Assembly (NCBI GenBank): GCA_964389625.1
Contig: CAYMEF010000003.1
Coordinates: 1 to 60,401 of the forward strand
DNA from: an uncultured Thermoplasmatales archaeon
Lineage (GTDB): Archaea; Thermoplasmatota; Thermoplasmata; Thermoplasmatales; GCA-001856825
Reading direction: 5' to 3'
Length of the DNA stretch: 60,401 nucleotides
In this document: piece after piece, positions 18,975 through 28,906 of the stretch
Layout: each line of letters starts with the position of its first letter
Numbering within the stretch: the first letter of the stretch is position 1
Position numbers and translations under genes: made by a program
The notes under the pieces: generated by a model
What the model saw: only the letters and a program-made list of their open reading frames with translations
The model's database searches: none
Told to the model about the DNA's origin: nothing

Positions 18975-20762
18975 GTGGATATCGTATCCATGCTCGTGAG
19001 ATTCCTTGGGCTTGCAGTGACGCTAGATAAGATCGAAAACACCACAAAGAGACTGGAGATGGTTGAACTGATTTCTGAACTCCTTAGGAAGGCCGAAGAG
19101 GACATCAAGGAGACCGTATTCCTTCTGCAAGGAAAGGTTGCACCAGACTATGAAGGAATCGAACTAGGTATCGCAGAGAAGATCGCAATTAGAGCCCTCT
19201 CATCTCTTAGCGGGATGAGGGAGGAGTCTATAGAGGCAGAGCTTATAAAGAAGGGGGACCTCGGAAAGATAGGTGAGGAGATTCTAAGGAAAAAGAGCCA
19301 GGCATCTCTCTTTTCAGAGGACCTGACGGTGAGAAAGGTCTACGAGTCTCTCCTCAGGATCTCGAAGGCAAACGGGGAAGGTTCACAGGCTCGAAAACTC
19401 CAGTTACTTCTCGATCTGCTTCACAACGCTGATCCGGTAGAGGTGAGGTACCTCCTCAGAATCGTGACTGGAAAGATGAGGATAGGCGTGGCCGACATGA
19501 CGATTGTGGATTCTATTGCAGTTGCGTTCGGCACAAAGGAGATGAGCGACCTCGTGGAGGGGGCATACAACATCATGCCCGATCTACCAGAGCTAGCATA
19601 CCGAGCTATGTCCGGGGGGGTTGACTCTCTCTCTACAATCAGAATAACGCCCGGGATACCAATAAGGTCAATGCTCGCCGAGCGACTGCCCTCTATCAAG
19701 GAGATCCTGGATAGAATGGATGGAAGTTTCGCTATCGAGTACAAATACGATGGGCTCAGGACCCAGGTCCACAAGATGGGTGACAAGGTAGAGCTGTTCT
19801 CTAGAAGACTCGAAAACGTCACCTCGCAGTTTCCGGACATAGTTCAGGAGATAAGGGAAAGTGTGAAAGCGGAAAATGCAGTGCTCGACGGAGAGGCCGT
19901 ACCGTTCAACCTGACAACGGGCGAAATGCTTCCCTTTCAAGAGATATCAAAGAGGAGAGGAAGGAAGTACGATCTAAAGGAGGCAATCGAGAGGGTCCCC
20001 GTTGTGCTCTTTCTCTTTGACGCACTGATGATTAATGGAAACAGCCTGATGGATACGCCTTATGCAGATAGGAGGCTGAAACTTACCCACGCAATAAGAG
20101 AGAACGAGAAGATAAGGATAGCAAAGAGCAGGGTAGTAACAGATGTCGAGACGGCGGAAAAGTTCTTCAACGAGGCCCTAGAGGCCGGTTGCGAGGGGAT
20201 CGTAGCAAAGAGCATCGAGGACAAGTCCATATACAGACCTGGCGCCAGGGAATTTCTCTGGATAAAATACAAGAGGGAATACCAGTTGGAAATGGGGGAT
20301 ACGGTCGATCTCGTCATCGTGGGTGCCTTCGGTGGACAGGGTCGAAGAAGCGGTGGATATGGTGCTCTGCTCATGGCAGTTTATTCGAGGGAGGACGATA
20401 AATTCAAGACGATCTGCAAGCTTGGGTCTGGTTTTTCTGACGAGCAGCTCGACAACCTTCCGAGGATGCTGAAACAGTACGAAATCAAGAAGAAGGACGC
20501 GAGGGTCGAGAGCGATATCGTAGCAGATTTCTGGTTTACTCCATCACTGATGCTAGAGGTCAAGGGGGCAGAGATCACCCTCTCTCCCTCCCACACGTGC
20601 TGTCAGGATATCGTGAAGAGAGGGGCGGGTCTCGCGATAAGATTCCCGAGATTCACCGGGAGATGGAGGAACGACAAGAAGGTTGACGATGCAACAAACG
20701 AGCAGGAAATACTTGAGCTGTTCCATTCCCAGAGGAAGAAGATGCTGGGCGACAGACCCTAA
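18975..20762 (+). CDS. lig: ATP-dependent DNA ligase
   Basis: EYKYDGLR adenylation motif, LDGE, FDAL, EGIVAK, WIKYK, DLVIVGA, RFPRF. Confidence 0.96.
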   Translation: MDIVSMLVRFLGLAVTLDKIENTTKRLEMVELISELLRKAEEDIKETVFLLQGKVAPDYEGIELGIAEKIAIRALSSLSGMREESIEAELIKKGDLGKIGEEILRKKSQASLFSEDLTVRKVYESLLRISKANGEGSQARKLQLLLDLLHNADPVEVRYLLRIVTGKMRIGVADMTIVDSIAVAFGTKEMSDLVEGAYNIMPDLPELAYRAMSGGVDSLSTIRITPGIPIRSMLAERLPSIKEILDRMDGSFAIEYKYDGLRTQVHKMGDKVELFSRRLENVTSQFPDIVQEIRESVKAENAVLDGEAVPFNLTTGEMLPFQEISKRRGRKYDLKEAIERVPVVLFLFDALMINGNSLMDTPYADRRLKLTHAIRENEKIRIAKSRVVTDVETAEKFFNEALEAGCEGIVAKSIEDKSIYRPGAREFLWIKYKREYQLEMGDTVDLVIVGAFGGQGRRSGGYGALLMAVYSREDDKFKTICKLGSGFSDEQLDNLPRMLKQYEIKKKDARVESDIVADFWFTPSLMLEVKGAEITLSPSHTCCQDIVKRGAGLAIRFPRFTGRWRNDKKVDDATNEQEILELFHSQRKKMLGDRP

Positions 20763-20791
20763 ATTTTTATCTGTTACCGATATCTGCCTCG

Positions 20792-21712
20792 ATGGCTACG
20801 ATCTCAACGAGGGTTGGTAACTTTTCATTGGAAACTCCAGTCATACTTGCGAGCGGGATTCTCGGTGAAACATCGGGGTCGATCCTTCGTTCTCTTAGGT
20901 CTGGCGCCGGAGCAGCAGTTACTAAATCCATTGGTGTCTCCGAGAGGAAGGGTTACCAGACACCCGTTATATCGGAAATAAAGACGGGACTGCTCAACGC
21001 TGTCGGTCTCTCGAATCCGGGAATAGACAACTTCGTGGAGGAGTATAGAACCTTCCCAGAAAAGAAGAGAACCATCGTTTCCATATTCGGTGGAAACGTT
21101 GAAGAATTTGTCAACCTAGCGGTGAAGGTGGAAGCCGCCGGTTTCGATAAGGTCGAGTTGAACCTCTCTTGCCCGCACGTAGGCGGTGTGGGGTCCGAGG
21201 TGGGACAGGACCTGGTCATGGTCGAGGAGATCATATCTGAAATCAGAAGAAAGACCAACCTCCAGATATGGGCTAAACTGACTCCTAACGTCACAGACAT
21301 TATTTCACTCGCAAAGGCGTCAGAGAGGGCGGATGCCTACGTTCTAATAAACACGGTAAGAGCAATAGGGGTCGAGATATATTCCAGAAAGTTTTCACTC
21401 GCAAACGTGGTGGGAGGGTATTCAGGGCCCGGTATCAAACCGGTTGCACTCCGGGCAGTATACGATGTGTACAGGGAGACGGACAAGGACATAGTTGGCG
21501 TCGGTGGCATCACAAGCTGGGAGGACGCAATCGAGTTCTTCTTGGTTGGCGCGAGGGCCATACAGGTAGGTACTGCGATACTCTATGAGGACTATCAAGT
21601 GTACAACAAGATCAACTCTGGCATCAGGGGATACCTCGATAGCGAGGGGTTTGAAGCGCTGGAGGATATAGTGGGGGTGATGATGAAAGATGCTCCACTC
21701 AAAGGTAACTGA
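20792..21712 (+). CDS. pyrD: Dihydroorotate dehydrogenase family 1B catalytic subunit
   Basis: ASG, VTKS, NAVGLSNPG, ELNLSCPH, KLTPN, INT, GGYSG, GVGGI. Confidence 0.95.
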   Translation: MATISTRVGNFSLETPVILASGILGETSGSILRSLRSGAGAAVTKSIGVSERKGYQTPVISEIKTGLLNAVGLSNPGIDNFVEEYRTFPEKKRTIVSIFGGNVEEFVNLAVKVEAAGFDKVELNLSCPHVGGVGSEVGQDLVMVEEIISEIRRKTNLQIWAKLTPNVTDIISLAKASERADAYVLINTVRAIGVEIYSRKFSLANVVGGYSGPGIKPVALRAVYDVYRETDKDIVGVGGITSWEDAIEFFLVGARAIQVGTAILYEDYQVYNKINSGIRGYLDSEGFEALEDIVGVMMKDAPLKGN

Positions 21713-22439
21713 AATAGTCAAGGAGAACAAGGACGTCTTCACACTCAAATTCAATTCCGACATAGTCGCCAGCCCGGGCCAGTTCGTAATGCTCTGGGTT
21801 CCGGGAGGGAAGGAGATTCCGATGTCTCTATCAAGCACAGCGAATCCATTTTCAATAACGTTCAGGACGTTTGGAGTGACTACAAAAACCCTGTCACAAC
21901 TGAAGGTTGGCGATAGACTCTACTACAGAGGACCCTACGGGAATTCCTATCCAAACCCTACGGGCCGGGTTGCATATGTTGCAGGGGGGACTGGACTAGC
22001 ATCGCTTCACGCGATGATTTCAAAACACGAAGGAGATGTCTACGCAGGTGTAAGGACGAGGGAGGATCTCTTTCTGACCAGGGAAGGGTACAAGATTGCA
22101 ACGGACGATGGTTCTGCTGGTTTCAGGGGCACGGTAATCGACTTGTTCGTTCCGCACGTAGATGAATACGATTACGTCTATGTCTGCGGTCCCGAACAGA
22201 TGGTGAAGTCTCTTCTTGACAGAGTCGACAGAGCGACGAGAGCGAAAGTTTACATCTCGCTCGAGAGGCTCATGAAGTGTGGAGTTGGAATTTGCGATAG
22301 CTGCAGCATAAACGGACTCCGGGTGTGCAAGGACGGGACCATATTTGGCATGGACGATGTACTGGGAATGTCTGAGTTCGGAGTCTACAAGAGGAACGAG
22401 TCTGGTAAGATAGAATTGTTCGTAAACGGCAAGAGGTGA
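21690..22439 (+). CDS. pyrK: Dihydroorotate dehydrogenase electron transfer subunit
   Basis: PGQFVMLW, RGPYGN, GGTG, CGP, MKCGVGICDSC...C [2Fe-2S] motif; adjacent to pyrD. Confidence 0.92.
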   Translation: MLHSKVTEIVKENKDVFTLKFNSDIVASPGQFVMLWVPGGKEIPMSLSSTANPFSITFRTFGVTTKTLSQLKVGDRLYYRGPYGNSYPNPTGRVAYVAGGTGLASLHAMISKHEGDVYAGVRTREDLFLTREGYKIATDDGSAGFRGTVIDLFVPHVDEYDYVYVCGPEQMVKSLLDRVDRATRAKVYISLERLMKCGVGICDSCSINGLRVCKDGTIFGMDDVLGMSEFGVYKRNESGKIELFVNGKR

Positions 22440-22443
22440 CCTC

Positions 22444-23103
22444 CTGATACCGCAGTGGGACTTTCAGTACCTATCGACCGTTCTACTCGTTCTGCTGTTC
22501 TACGCAGGATACGAGGACATAAGGAAGAGGAAAATAACAACAGTGACATTCCTGGCCCTTAACGTCACGTTGTTGATCTTTTATCTATCGAGCGATCCCT
22601 GGACTGCACTCTTCCTGATACCAATAATCGCTGAGTATCTTATGAAGAGGTACACCCTGATCCTATATGCAGTCTTGGTGATACCGGTGGTATTTGACCC
22701 GTCTTTGCTTACCCTTACGCTCGCCTATTCGATCGTTCTCGTCAAGCTGTTCGGGGTACTGGTAAAGAACTTCGGCAAGGGAGATGTGAAGGTTCTACAG
22801 ACGATAGCTGTGACCATGCCTCTCTACCCACACCTGCCCGTACAAGATTCTCTTTTCACCCCCGTCCTAGGAGTGATGTTGATCGCGAGTGCGTTTGGTA
22901 CGTTAGCCGCGGTATTGAGCAACAGTAAAGTGAGGGAGAAGCGATCGATCAGACGTTTTACCCCCACTCCTATGCCTGAAATGCCCAACGATTTAAAATT
23001 CTGGGTGGATGGTTCCAGAAGATCTTACAAGATCCCATTTGTAACATACGTGGCCGTTGGCTACGCGCTTATAATCAGCCTTTCATTACTCCGATTGGTC
23101 TGA
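22444..23103 (+). CDS. A24-family prepilin/prearchaellin peptidase-like membrane aspartic protease
   Basis: The frame is open from 22426 and contains YEDIRKRKI (first catalytic Asp) upstream of the ORF-track start 22543, plus FGKGDVK (GxGD) and C-terminal IPFVTY. The start is inferred at CTG 22444 after an SD-like GAGGTGA. Confidence 0.75.
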   Translation: MIPQWDFQYLSTVLLVLLFYAGYEDIRKRKITTVTFLALNVTLLIFYLSSDPWTALFLIPIIAEYLMKRYTLILYAVLVIPVVFDPSLLTLTLAYSIVLVKLFGVLVKNFGKGDVKVLQTIAVTMPLYPHLPVQDSLFTPVLGVMLIASAFGTLAAVLSNSKVREKRSIRRFTPTPMPEMPNDLKFWVDGSRRSYKIPFVTYVAVGYALIISLSLLRLV

Positions 23104-24523
23104 GCTTCGCAACGATCTTTGATATGCCCGCACACTCGACAGATTTTACCACCTGATCCACGTCCTTGTAAGCGCCGGGTGCCTCCTCCTGGAGGACGTA
23201 CTTGGTTGCGGCCCTGACGTAGATGCCTCGCCTTTCGAGATCCGAACTAACGCCCTGACTCGTGTATTGTTTTACAGCGCGGCTCCTGCTCATCACCCTG
23301 CCAGACCCGTGACAGGACGACCCGAACGTTTCGTCGAGTCCCTTCGGCAGGCCAACCAGCACGTATGATGCCGTTCCCATAGTACCCGGAATCAGTACGG
23401 GGTGCCCGATATCAGCAAACACAGGCGGCAGTTCCTTCCTGCCAGCGGGGAAAGCCCTAGTGGCCCCTTTTCTGTGTACGACCAATCTTCTGGTCCTTCC
23501 CTCTACCGAGTGTTCCTCGACTTTAGCCATGTTGTGTGAAACGTCGTAGACTACGTCCATCCCCAAGTCCTCGGGATCCATTTTGAGCACATTCCTAAAA
23601 CTCTCCCTGATCCAGTGTGTGATCATCTGTCTGTTTGAAAAACTGAAGTTGGCTGCAGCTCCCATTGCTCCAAGGTAGTCCTGTGCCTCTTTGGAGTTGA
23701 ACGGAGCGGATGCGAGCTGTCTGTCCGGTACGCTAAGGTTGTATTTCTTCATGGCTTCTCCCATAACCTCTATGTAATCCGTTGCAACCTGATGACCGAA
23801 TCCTCTGGAACCTGTGTGAATCATCACCGTCACCTGGCCCTCCTCGGTCAACCCAAATTTCCTTGCCACCTCCAGATCAAATATCCGGTCCACAACCTGG
23901 AGTTCCAGGAAGTGGTTACCGGCCCCAAGGGAGCCTAGCTGGGGGAAACCTCTGTCCCTCGCCTTCTGGGACACTTTGGATCTATCTGCAGACTTGATCG
24001 AGCCACCCTCCTCTATCCTCTCCAGGTCCCTCGTCCAACCATATCCTTCTCTGACCGCTGCTGGGACGCCGTCGGCGAGAATGTCCTCCATTTTGTCCCT
24101 GCCCAGGCTGAGTTTACCTTCCCTTCCAACTCCAGAAGGGACGTTGCCAAATATCTGGTCCACCAAGGGCCTGACCTTGTCCTTCACGTCCTTCAGAGCC
24201 AGACTGGTCCTTATCAACTTGACCGAGCATGCTATGTCGTAACCAACTCCTCCCGGGCTTATGATCCCATCGTCCAGGTCAAAGGCAGCAACGCCCCCTA
24301 TCGGAAACCCGTAACCTAGATGGATGTCCGGCATCGCGATCGAGCTCCCAACTATCCCTGGAAGATTTGAAACGTTTATGACCTGATCGATTGCTCCATC
24401 GTCCTCTATATCTCTTATCAGTGCTTCATTCGAGTATATCGTACCCGGTACCCTCATTCCTCGACTCCTGTCAAGAGGAATCTCGTAGCGGCAGGGTCCA
24501 GTATACCTTATTGGAGTTCGCAC
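23075..24523 (-). CDS. rtcB: tRNA-splicing ligase RtcB
   Basis: MPDIHLGYGFPIGG, GYDIAC, GNHFLE, HTGSRG, HRKGAT, SSCHGSGR. Confidence 0.96.
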   Translation of the reverse strand: MRTPIRYTGPCRYEIPLDRSRGMRVPGTIYSNEALIRDIEDDGAIDQVINVSNLPGIVGSSIAMPDIHLGYGFPIGGVAAFDLDDGIISPGGVGYDIACSVKLIRTSLALKDVKDKVRPLVDQIFGNVPSGVGREGKLSLGRDKMEDILADGVPAAVREGYGWTRDLERIEEGGSIKSADRSKVSQKARDRGFPQLGSLGAGNHFLELQVVDRIFDLEVARKFGLTEEGQVTVMIHTGSRGFGHQVATDYIEVMGEAMKKYNLSVPDRQLASAPFNSKEAQDYLGAMGAAANFSFSNRQMITHWIRESFRNVLKMDPEDLGMDVVYDVSHNMAKVEEHSVEGRTRRLVVHRKGATRAFPAGRKELPPVFADIGHPVLIPGTMGTASYVLVGLPKGLDETFGSSCHGSGRVMSRSRAVKQYTSQGVSSDLERRGIYVRAATKYVLQEEAPGAYKDVDQVVKSVECAGISKIVAKLRPIGVMKG

Positions 24524-24622
24524 ACTACTAAAATGTGCTATTGGCTATAACAGTTGTTACCAAGCTGAGGCTCCTCGATGAAGCATTGTTTATTATTCTA
24601 TACGAACTCGGCATGTTTGAAA

Positions 24623-25183
24623 ATGATTTCGCTCGTATTTGTCAAAGAGAGCCGGCGATTACCTGGAAAACATCTCTTAGACTTCTGCGGAGAGCCCATG
24701 CTGAAAAGGATCTGTAGGATTCTGGAAGGAAGCGGTCAGTTCGAGCGAGTCGTGGTCTACTCAAAATATCTAGACCTCCGACTCGATGGGTGCAACATCG
24801 AAAGAGACAGCTCTGGAGGTACGCTCATCGATTCGATACTGAGTGCCTTGGACCACTACGGGACCTTTCTAGCAGTTGGAGGAGACATGCCTCTCATAGA
24901 CGGAGACCTTGTGAAATCGTTCGTGGAGAGGTATCACAATAAACCAATAGCCGCTACAGATTTTGAGGGGACTATAGAGCCTCTTTTGGCGATATACGAT
25001 CGCTCGGTCAGGGAAGAAATGGAGAAATTTTCCAACGGCAGCAAGCGGATTTTCCCATTTCTGGAGAAGAGGTTTGATCTCTTCAAGGTGGATAAGATCT
25101 CTAGCCTGAAACTCTTCAACGTCAATACCATGTATGACCTGGAACGAGCCAGATTTCTGGCCAAGTGTGAAGGGGTAAGATAA
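24623..25183 (+). CDS. mobA: Molybdenum cofactor guanylyltransferase MobA-like
   Basis: SRRLPGKH, GGDMPLI, EPLLAIY, FNVNT..DL; directly upstream of the FDH gene. Start at ATG 24623 preferred. Confidence 0.8.
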   Translation: MISLVFVKESRRLPGKHLLDFCGEPMLKRICRILEGSGQFERVVVYSKYLDLRLDGCNIERDSSGGTLIDSILSALDHYGTFLAVGGDMPLIDGDLVKSFVERYHNKPIAATDFEGTIEPLLAIYDRSVREEMEKFSNGSKRIFPFLEKRFDLFKVDKISSLKLFNVNTMYDLERARFLAKCEGVR

Positions 25184-25213
25184 CTGTAAATACGCTGCGG
25201 CGATTAAGTCAAA

Positions 25214-27226
25214 GTGTCTGTACTAACCGTTTGCCCTTACTGCGGTACCGGTTGCCAGATCATTCTAAATGACCAAGGGGCCGGTGAGAGAGTGATAGGA
25301 TACTCTAAGTCGCCCGTGAATGAAGGGAAACTGTGCATCAAGGGCTACTCGGGCCTGTCCTACAATTTCTCAAGGGATCGGTTGAAGTATCCTCTGATCA
25401 AGAGAAAGGGGGAGTTCGTGAGAGTTTCCTGGGAAGCCGCCCTGGAGGAAACATCAAGAAGAATGCTTGAAATCATTGGAAAGTACGGCCCGGATTCTGT
25501 TGCTTTCCAGTCCTCCGCTAAGTGTACCAACGAAGAGAACTTTCTAATGCAGAAGATCGCGAGGCTGGTCGGTACAAACAACATCGACCACTGTGCAAGA
25601 AGCTGTCACAGTCCAACTGCACTGGGGTTGATAAACACTCTGGGGGCAGGAGCTGCCACTGGCTCAATCAAGAGCCTTGAGAGTGCGAGGACATTTTTCG
25701 TAATAGGATCCAACACGACTGAGCAACACCCCATAATAGGGACCAAGGTTCTGAACGAAAGGAAGAGGGGGAAGAACCTCATCGTTGCCGATCCCAGAAG
25801 GACGCAACTGGCGGAAGCTGCATCGATTCACCTTCAGTTCAACCCGGGCACAGACATCGCTCTATTGAATTCATTGATGTACGTTATAATTGAAGAACAC
25901 CTGGAGGATGCCAACTTCATAAATGAAAGAACTGTTGGGTTCCCGGCATTCAAGAACGAGATAATGAAATATCCTCCGGAAGTCACGGGGAGTATCACTG
26001 GCATTGGGCCAGAAAAGTTGAGAGAAGCCGCCGAAACGATAGCGAAAGAGAGACCAACATCTCTGCTCTACGCTATGGGCATTACGCAGCACATCCACGG
26101 AACAGAAAACGTGATGTCAGTCTCCAACCTCGCGCTCCTGACCGGAAACATTGGTGTCAGAGGGTCGGGAATTTTTCCTCTGAGGGGGCAGAACAACGTG
26201 CAGGGCTCTTCCGATATGGGTGCACTCTCTGAGTGGTACCCAGGATACGTTCCTGTCGATTCCCCGAGGGTGAAGTCGTTTGAGGATATGTGGAAGAAGA
26301 AGTTGCCCAGGAAAAAGGGACTGACTCTCTCTGAAATGTTCGACTCTGCCGCAGAAGGGAGCCTGAAAGCAATATATGTTATGGGTGAAAACCCACTAGT
26401 CACGGAAGCAGCAATAAGTGACGTTGAGAACGGTATTGAAAACCTTGAGCTGTTCGTTGTTCAGGACATATTCCTTACCCTCACGGCAGGAATGGCCGAC
26501 ATAGTTCTGCCCGCCACTACCTCCCTGGAGAAAGATGGTACATTTACCAACACCGAGAGGAGGATACAAAAGATCAGCAAGGTGTATGAGGCTCCAGGAG
26601 AGGCAAGACCCGACTGGTGGATACTCGCAGAGATAGGCAAGAGGATAGCCAATACCGGTGACTATGGCTCGCCAGAAGACATTTTTAACGAGATAAAAAG
26701 GGCGGTCCCAAGCTACTCTGGAGCGACTTACGAGAACATTTATCCGAGAGGAAAACAGTGGCCAGTTGGTGTTGACAGCCCCGACGGAACCGAGATACTT
26801 CATACGAAATCGTTCCCCATCGGTAGGGGAAGGCTGGTTCCTATTGCCTATGGTCCTCCCGCTGAAGCAGTAGACGAAGAGTACAACATGATTATGACTA
26901 CGGGAAGGAATTATTTTCATTTCCACTCTGGGACGATGAGCAGGAGAACAGACATTCTGGAACGAGAATCTCCCGAACCATACGTTGAATTAAGCAGTGA
27001 AGATGCAACTCAACTCAATGTAAGGAACTCTCAGACGATTACGATCGAGTCGAGGCATGGTTCCATAAGGGCGAAGGCAAGGGTGACCGACAGGATCCCA
27101 CGAGGGATAGTCTTCGTTCCATTCCACTTCGACGAATCAAGGGTCAACAGGCTCATAGGAAAGAATCTGGATCCGTATTCCAAGATACCGGAGTTCAAGG
27201 TGGTTGCTGTGAGGTTGGTGAAGTGA
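25214..27226 (+). CDS. fdhF: Formate dehydrogenase alpha subunit (Mo/W-bis-PGD, Cys ligand)
   Basis: CPYCGTGC...C [4Fe-4S], SAKCTNEE, NIDHCARSCHSPT (Cys, not Sec), LRGQNNVQG, EKDGTFTNTERR, IPEFK. Confidence 0.95.
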   Translation: MSVLTVCPYCGTGCQIILNDQGAGERVIGYSKSPVNEGKLCIKGYSGLSYNFSRDRLKYPLIKRKGEFVRVSWEAALEETSRRMLEIIGKYGPDSVAFQSSAKCTNEENFLMQKIARLVGTNNIDHCARSCHSPTALGLINTLGAGAATGSIKSLESARTFFVIGSNTTEQHPIIGTKVLNERKRGKNLIVADPRRTQLAEAASIHLQFNPGTDIALLNSLMYVIIEEHLEDANFINERTVGFPAFKNEIMKYPPEVTGSITGIGPEKLREAAETIAKERPTSLLYAMGITQHIHGTENVMSVSNLALLTGNIGVRGSGIFPLRGQNNVQGSSDMGALSEWYPGYVPVDSPRVKSFEDMWKKKLPRKKGLTLSEMFDSAAEGSLKAIYVMGENPLVTEAAISDVENGIENLELFVVQDIFLTLTAGMADIVLPATTSLEKDGTFTNTERRIQKISKVYEAPGEARPDWWILAEIGKRIANTGDYGSPEDIFNEIKRAVPSYSGATYENIYPRGKQWPVGVDSPDGTEILHTKSFPIGRGRLVPIAYGPPAEAVDEEYNMIMTTGRNYFHFHSGTMSRRTDILERESPEPYVELSSEDATQLNVRNSQTITIESRHGSIRAKARVTDRIPRGIVFVPFHFDESRVNRLIGKNLDPYSKIPEFKVVAVRLVK

Positions 27227-28140
27227 ATTACCTGCTGAACAGGATAGAGATTGAGAACCTTTTTCACGAACTCTCAACAGAGTTTGAAACATTTGGGGCC
27301 GTAGAGACGGATGGTGAGGTGGTCTTTGAAAGGGTAGCGAACTTCGAGAGCGTGTCAGAGTTAAGGTCAAGGTATGCACCCAAGGAATTCCTGATAAGAA
27401 GAAACGAGAACGTTCTCGTGCTGAAGGAGGAACAGGAGAGGGCTGTGTTTGGTATCAAGAGCTGTGATCTTAGGGGGTTCTATCTGATGGACAGACAGGT
27501 ACTTGGGAAGGATCCCTTCTACACCGAGAGGAGGGAAAAAACGCTGTTCGCAAACTTCGTTTGTAACGAACCCTGTGAGGGTGGGTTCTGTTCCTCATTC
27601 GGTGGACCCGTTCTTGACGAATACGATATTCAGATACTGAGAGAGGGAGACGCGTTTCATGTGATGGTATCAGACAGGTATGTCAGGTTCTTCGGGTCAT
27701 ACAAGAGAGAGGGCAATGACTTCTTTGCTGCCTTCAGGGAGCGGTTCAATGAGAAGGCCAGGAAGCTACCGGTGGATGGTCTGGAGAACAGAATGAAATG
27801 GAATTCTGGGCTGTGGAAAGAGTTTGCGTCACAGTGTATATCCTGCGGTGCTTGCAACTTCAATTGCCCCACATGTTACTGCTTCGATCTCTACGACGAC
27901 GGGGAAGAGAGGAAGAGGGAATGGGATTCATGCATACTTTCTGGATTCACCTCATCTTCCGCCGGAAACATACGCAGTGGGCTCGATGAGAGGCTGCGGC
28001 AGAGGTTCTATCACAAGTTCGTTTATTTCAAGAAGTCCCAGGGAGAGTACCTCTGCACCGGATGCAATAGGTGTGTGGAAGACTGTCCCGTTGGGATAGA
28101 TATAAAGGAGGTGATTGCCCACGATTACTCCAAGGAATGA
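27223..28140 (+). CDS. Sulfhydrogenase beta / AsrA-like 4Fe-4S subunit
   Basis: GIKSCD, CISCGAC...CPTCYC, REWDSC, R.RQRFYHK, CTGCNRC...CPVGID; GTGA overlap with the FDH gene. Confidence 0.88.
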   Translation: MNYLLNRIEIENLFHELSTEFETFGAVETDGEVVFERVANFESVSELRSRYAPKEFLIRRNENVLVLKEEQERAVFGIKSCDLRGFYLMDRQVLGKDPFYTERREKTLFANFVCNEPCEGGFCSSFGGPVLDEYDIQILREGDAFHVMVSDRYVRFFGSYKREGNDFFAAFRERFNEKARKLPVDGLENRMKWNSGLWKEFASQCISCGACNFNCPTCYCFDLYDDGEERKREWDSCILSGFTSSSAGNIRSGLDERLRQRFYHKFVYFKKSQGEYLCTGCNRCVEDCPVGIDIKEVIAHDYSKE

Positions 28141-28906
28141 TTACCTTCCGAGGTACATGAGGATCACAAGAACAGTAGAAGAATCTCCCGACGTATTCAC
28201 TATTTGTCTCGATGAACAGAACGACGGAAGTTCGGGACAATTCTACATGGTTTCCGTACCGGCTACTGGGGAGGCAGCGATTTCTGTAGCAGCTGGTCAT
28301 GGAAGGAAGCTCGAATTCACAATCAGGAGAATCGGTACGGTCACTGGTCGAATCAAGGGCCTTGAAGAAGTGGGAGTCAGAGGACCATACGGAACCTCAT
28401 GGCCGTGGAGGGAGTACGACGAAATAGTTGCCATTGCAGGAGGAGTAGGGATGCCCCCGATAAAGAGCCTCATAGAAGAAATGACAGATTCAGGGAGGCA
28501 GGACAGACTCGAGGTACTATACGGTGCAAGGACGCCATCCGACATCCTGTACAAGGATAGGGTAGGTAACTGGCTCAAGGAGATTGACCTGCACCTGACT
28601 GTGGACAGAGAAGACCCCTCGTGGAGAGGCCACGTTGGATTTGTTCCATCGCTGCTGAAGCAGACCCACAAGAGCAGAGATGCTGCCCTGTTTGTAATAG
28701 GTCCGCCGCTAATGATGATGAACACGATCAAGGAAGCACTGAACCAGGGCTTCAGAGAAGAGAGAATATTCCTGTCACTCGAGCGAAGGATGGAGTGCGG
28801 AATCGGTGTCTGCGGGCACTGTAACGTCGGGGAATTCTACGTCTGTGAGGATGGCCCTATTTTCCAGTATGGCCGGGTAAAAGGTCTGCCAGAACTGTTC
28901 CTCTAG
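28115..28906 (+). CDS. Sulfhydrogenase gamma / AsrB-like FAD/NAD(P)-binding [2Fe-2S] subunit
   Basis: GQFYMV...GEAAIS, RGPYG, GGVGMPP, YGARTP, LERRMECGIGVCGHC...VCEDGP. Confidence 0.88.
   Translation: MPTITPRNDYLPRYMRITRTVEESPDVFTICLDEQNDGSSGQFYMVSVPATGEAAISVAAGHGRKLEFTIRRIGTVTGRIKGLEEVGVRGPYGTSWPWREYDEIVAIAGGVGMPPIKSLIEEMTDSGRQDRLEVLYGARTPSDILYKDRVGNWLKEIDLHLTVDREDPSWRGHVGFVPSLLKQTHKSRDAALFVIGPPLMMMNTIKEALNQGFREERIFLSLERRMECGIGVCGHCNVGEFYVCEDGPIFQYGRVKGLPELFL

Noticed and set aside
25580-25620. Possible selenocysteine in FDH
   Set aside because: The active-site codon is TGT (Cys) in CARSCH, with no in-frame TGA
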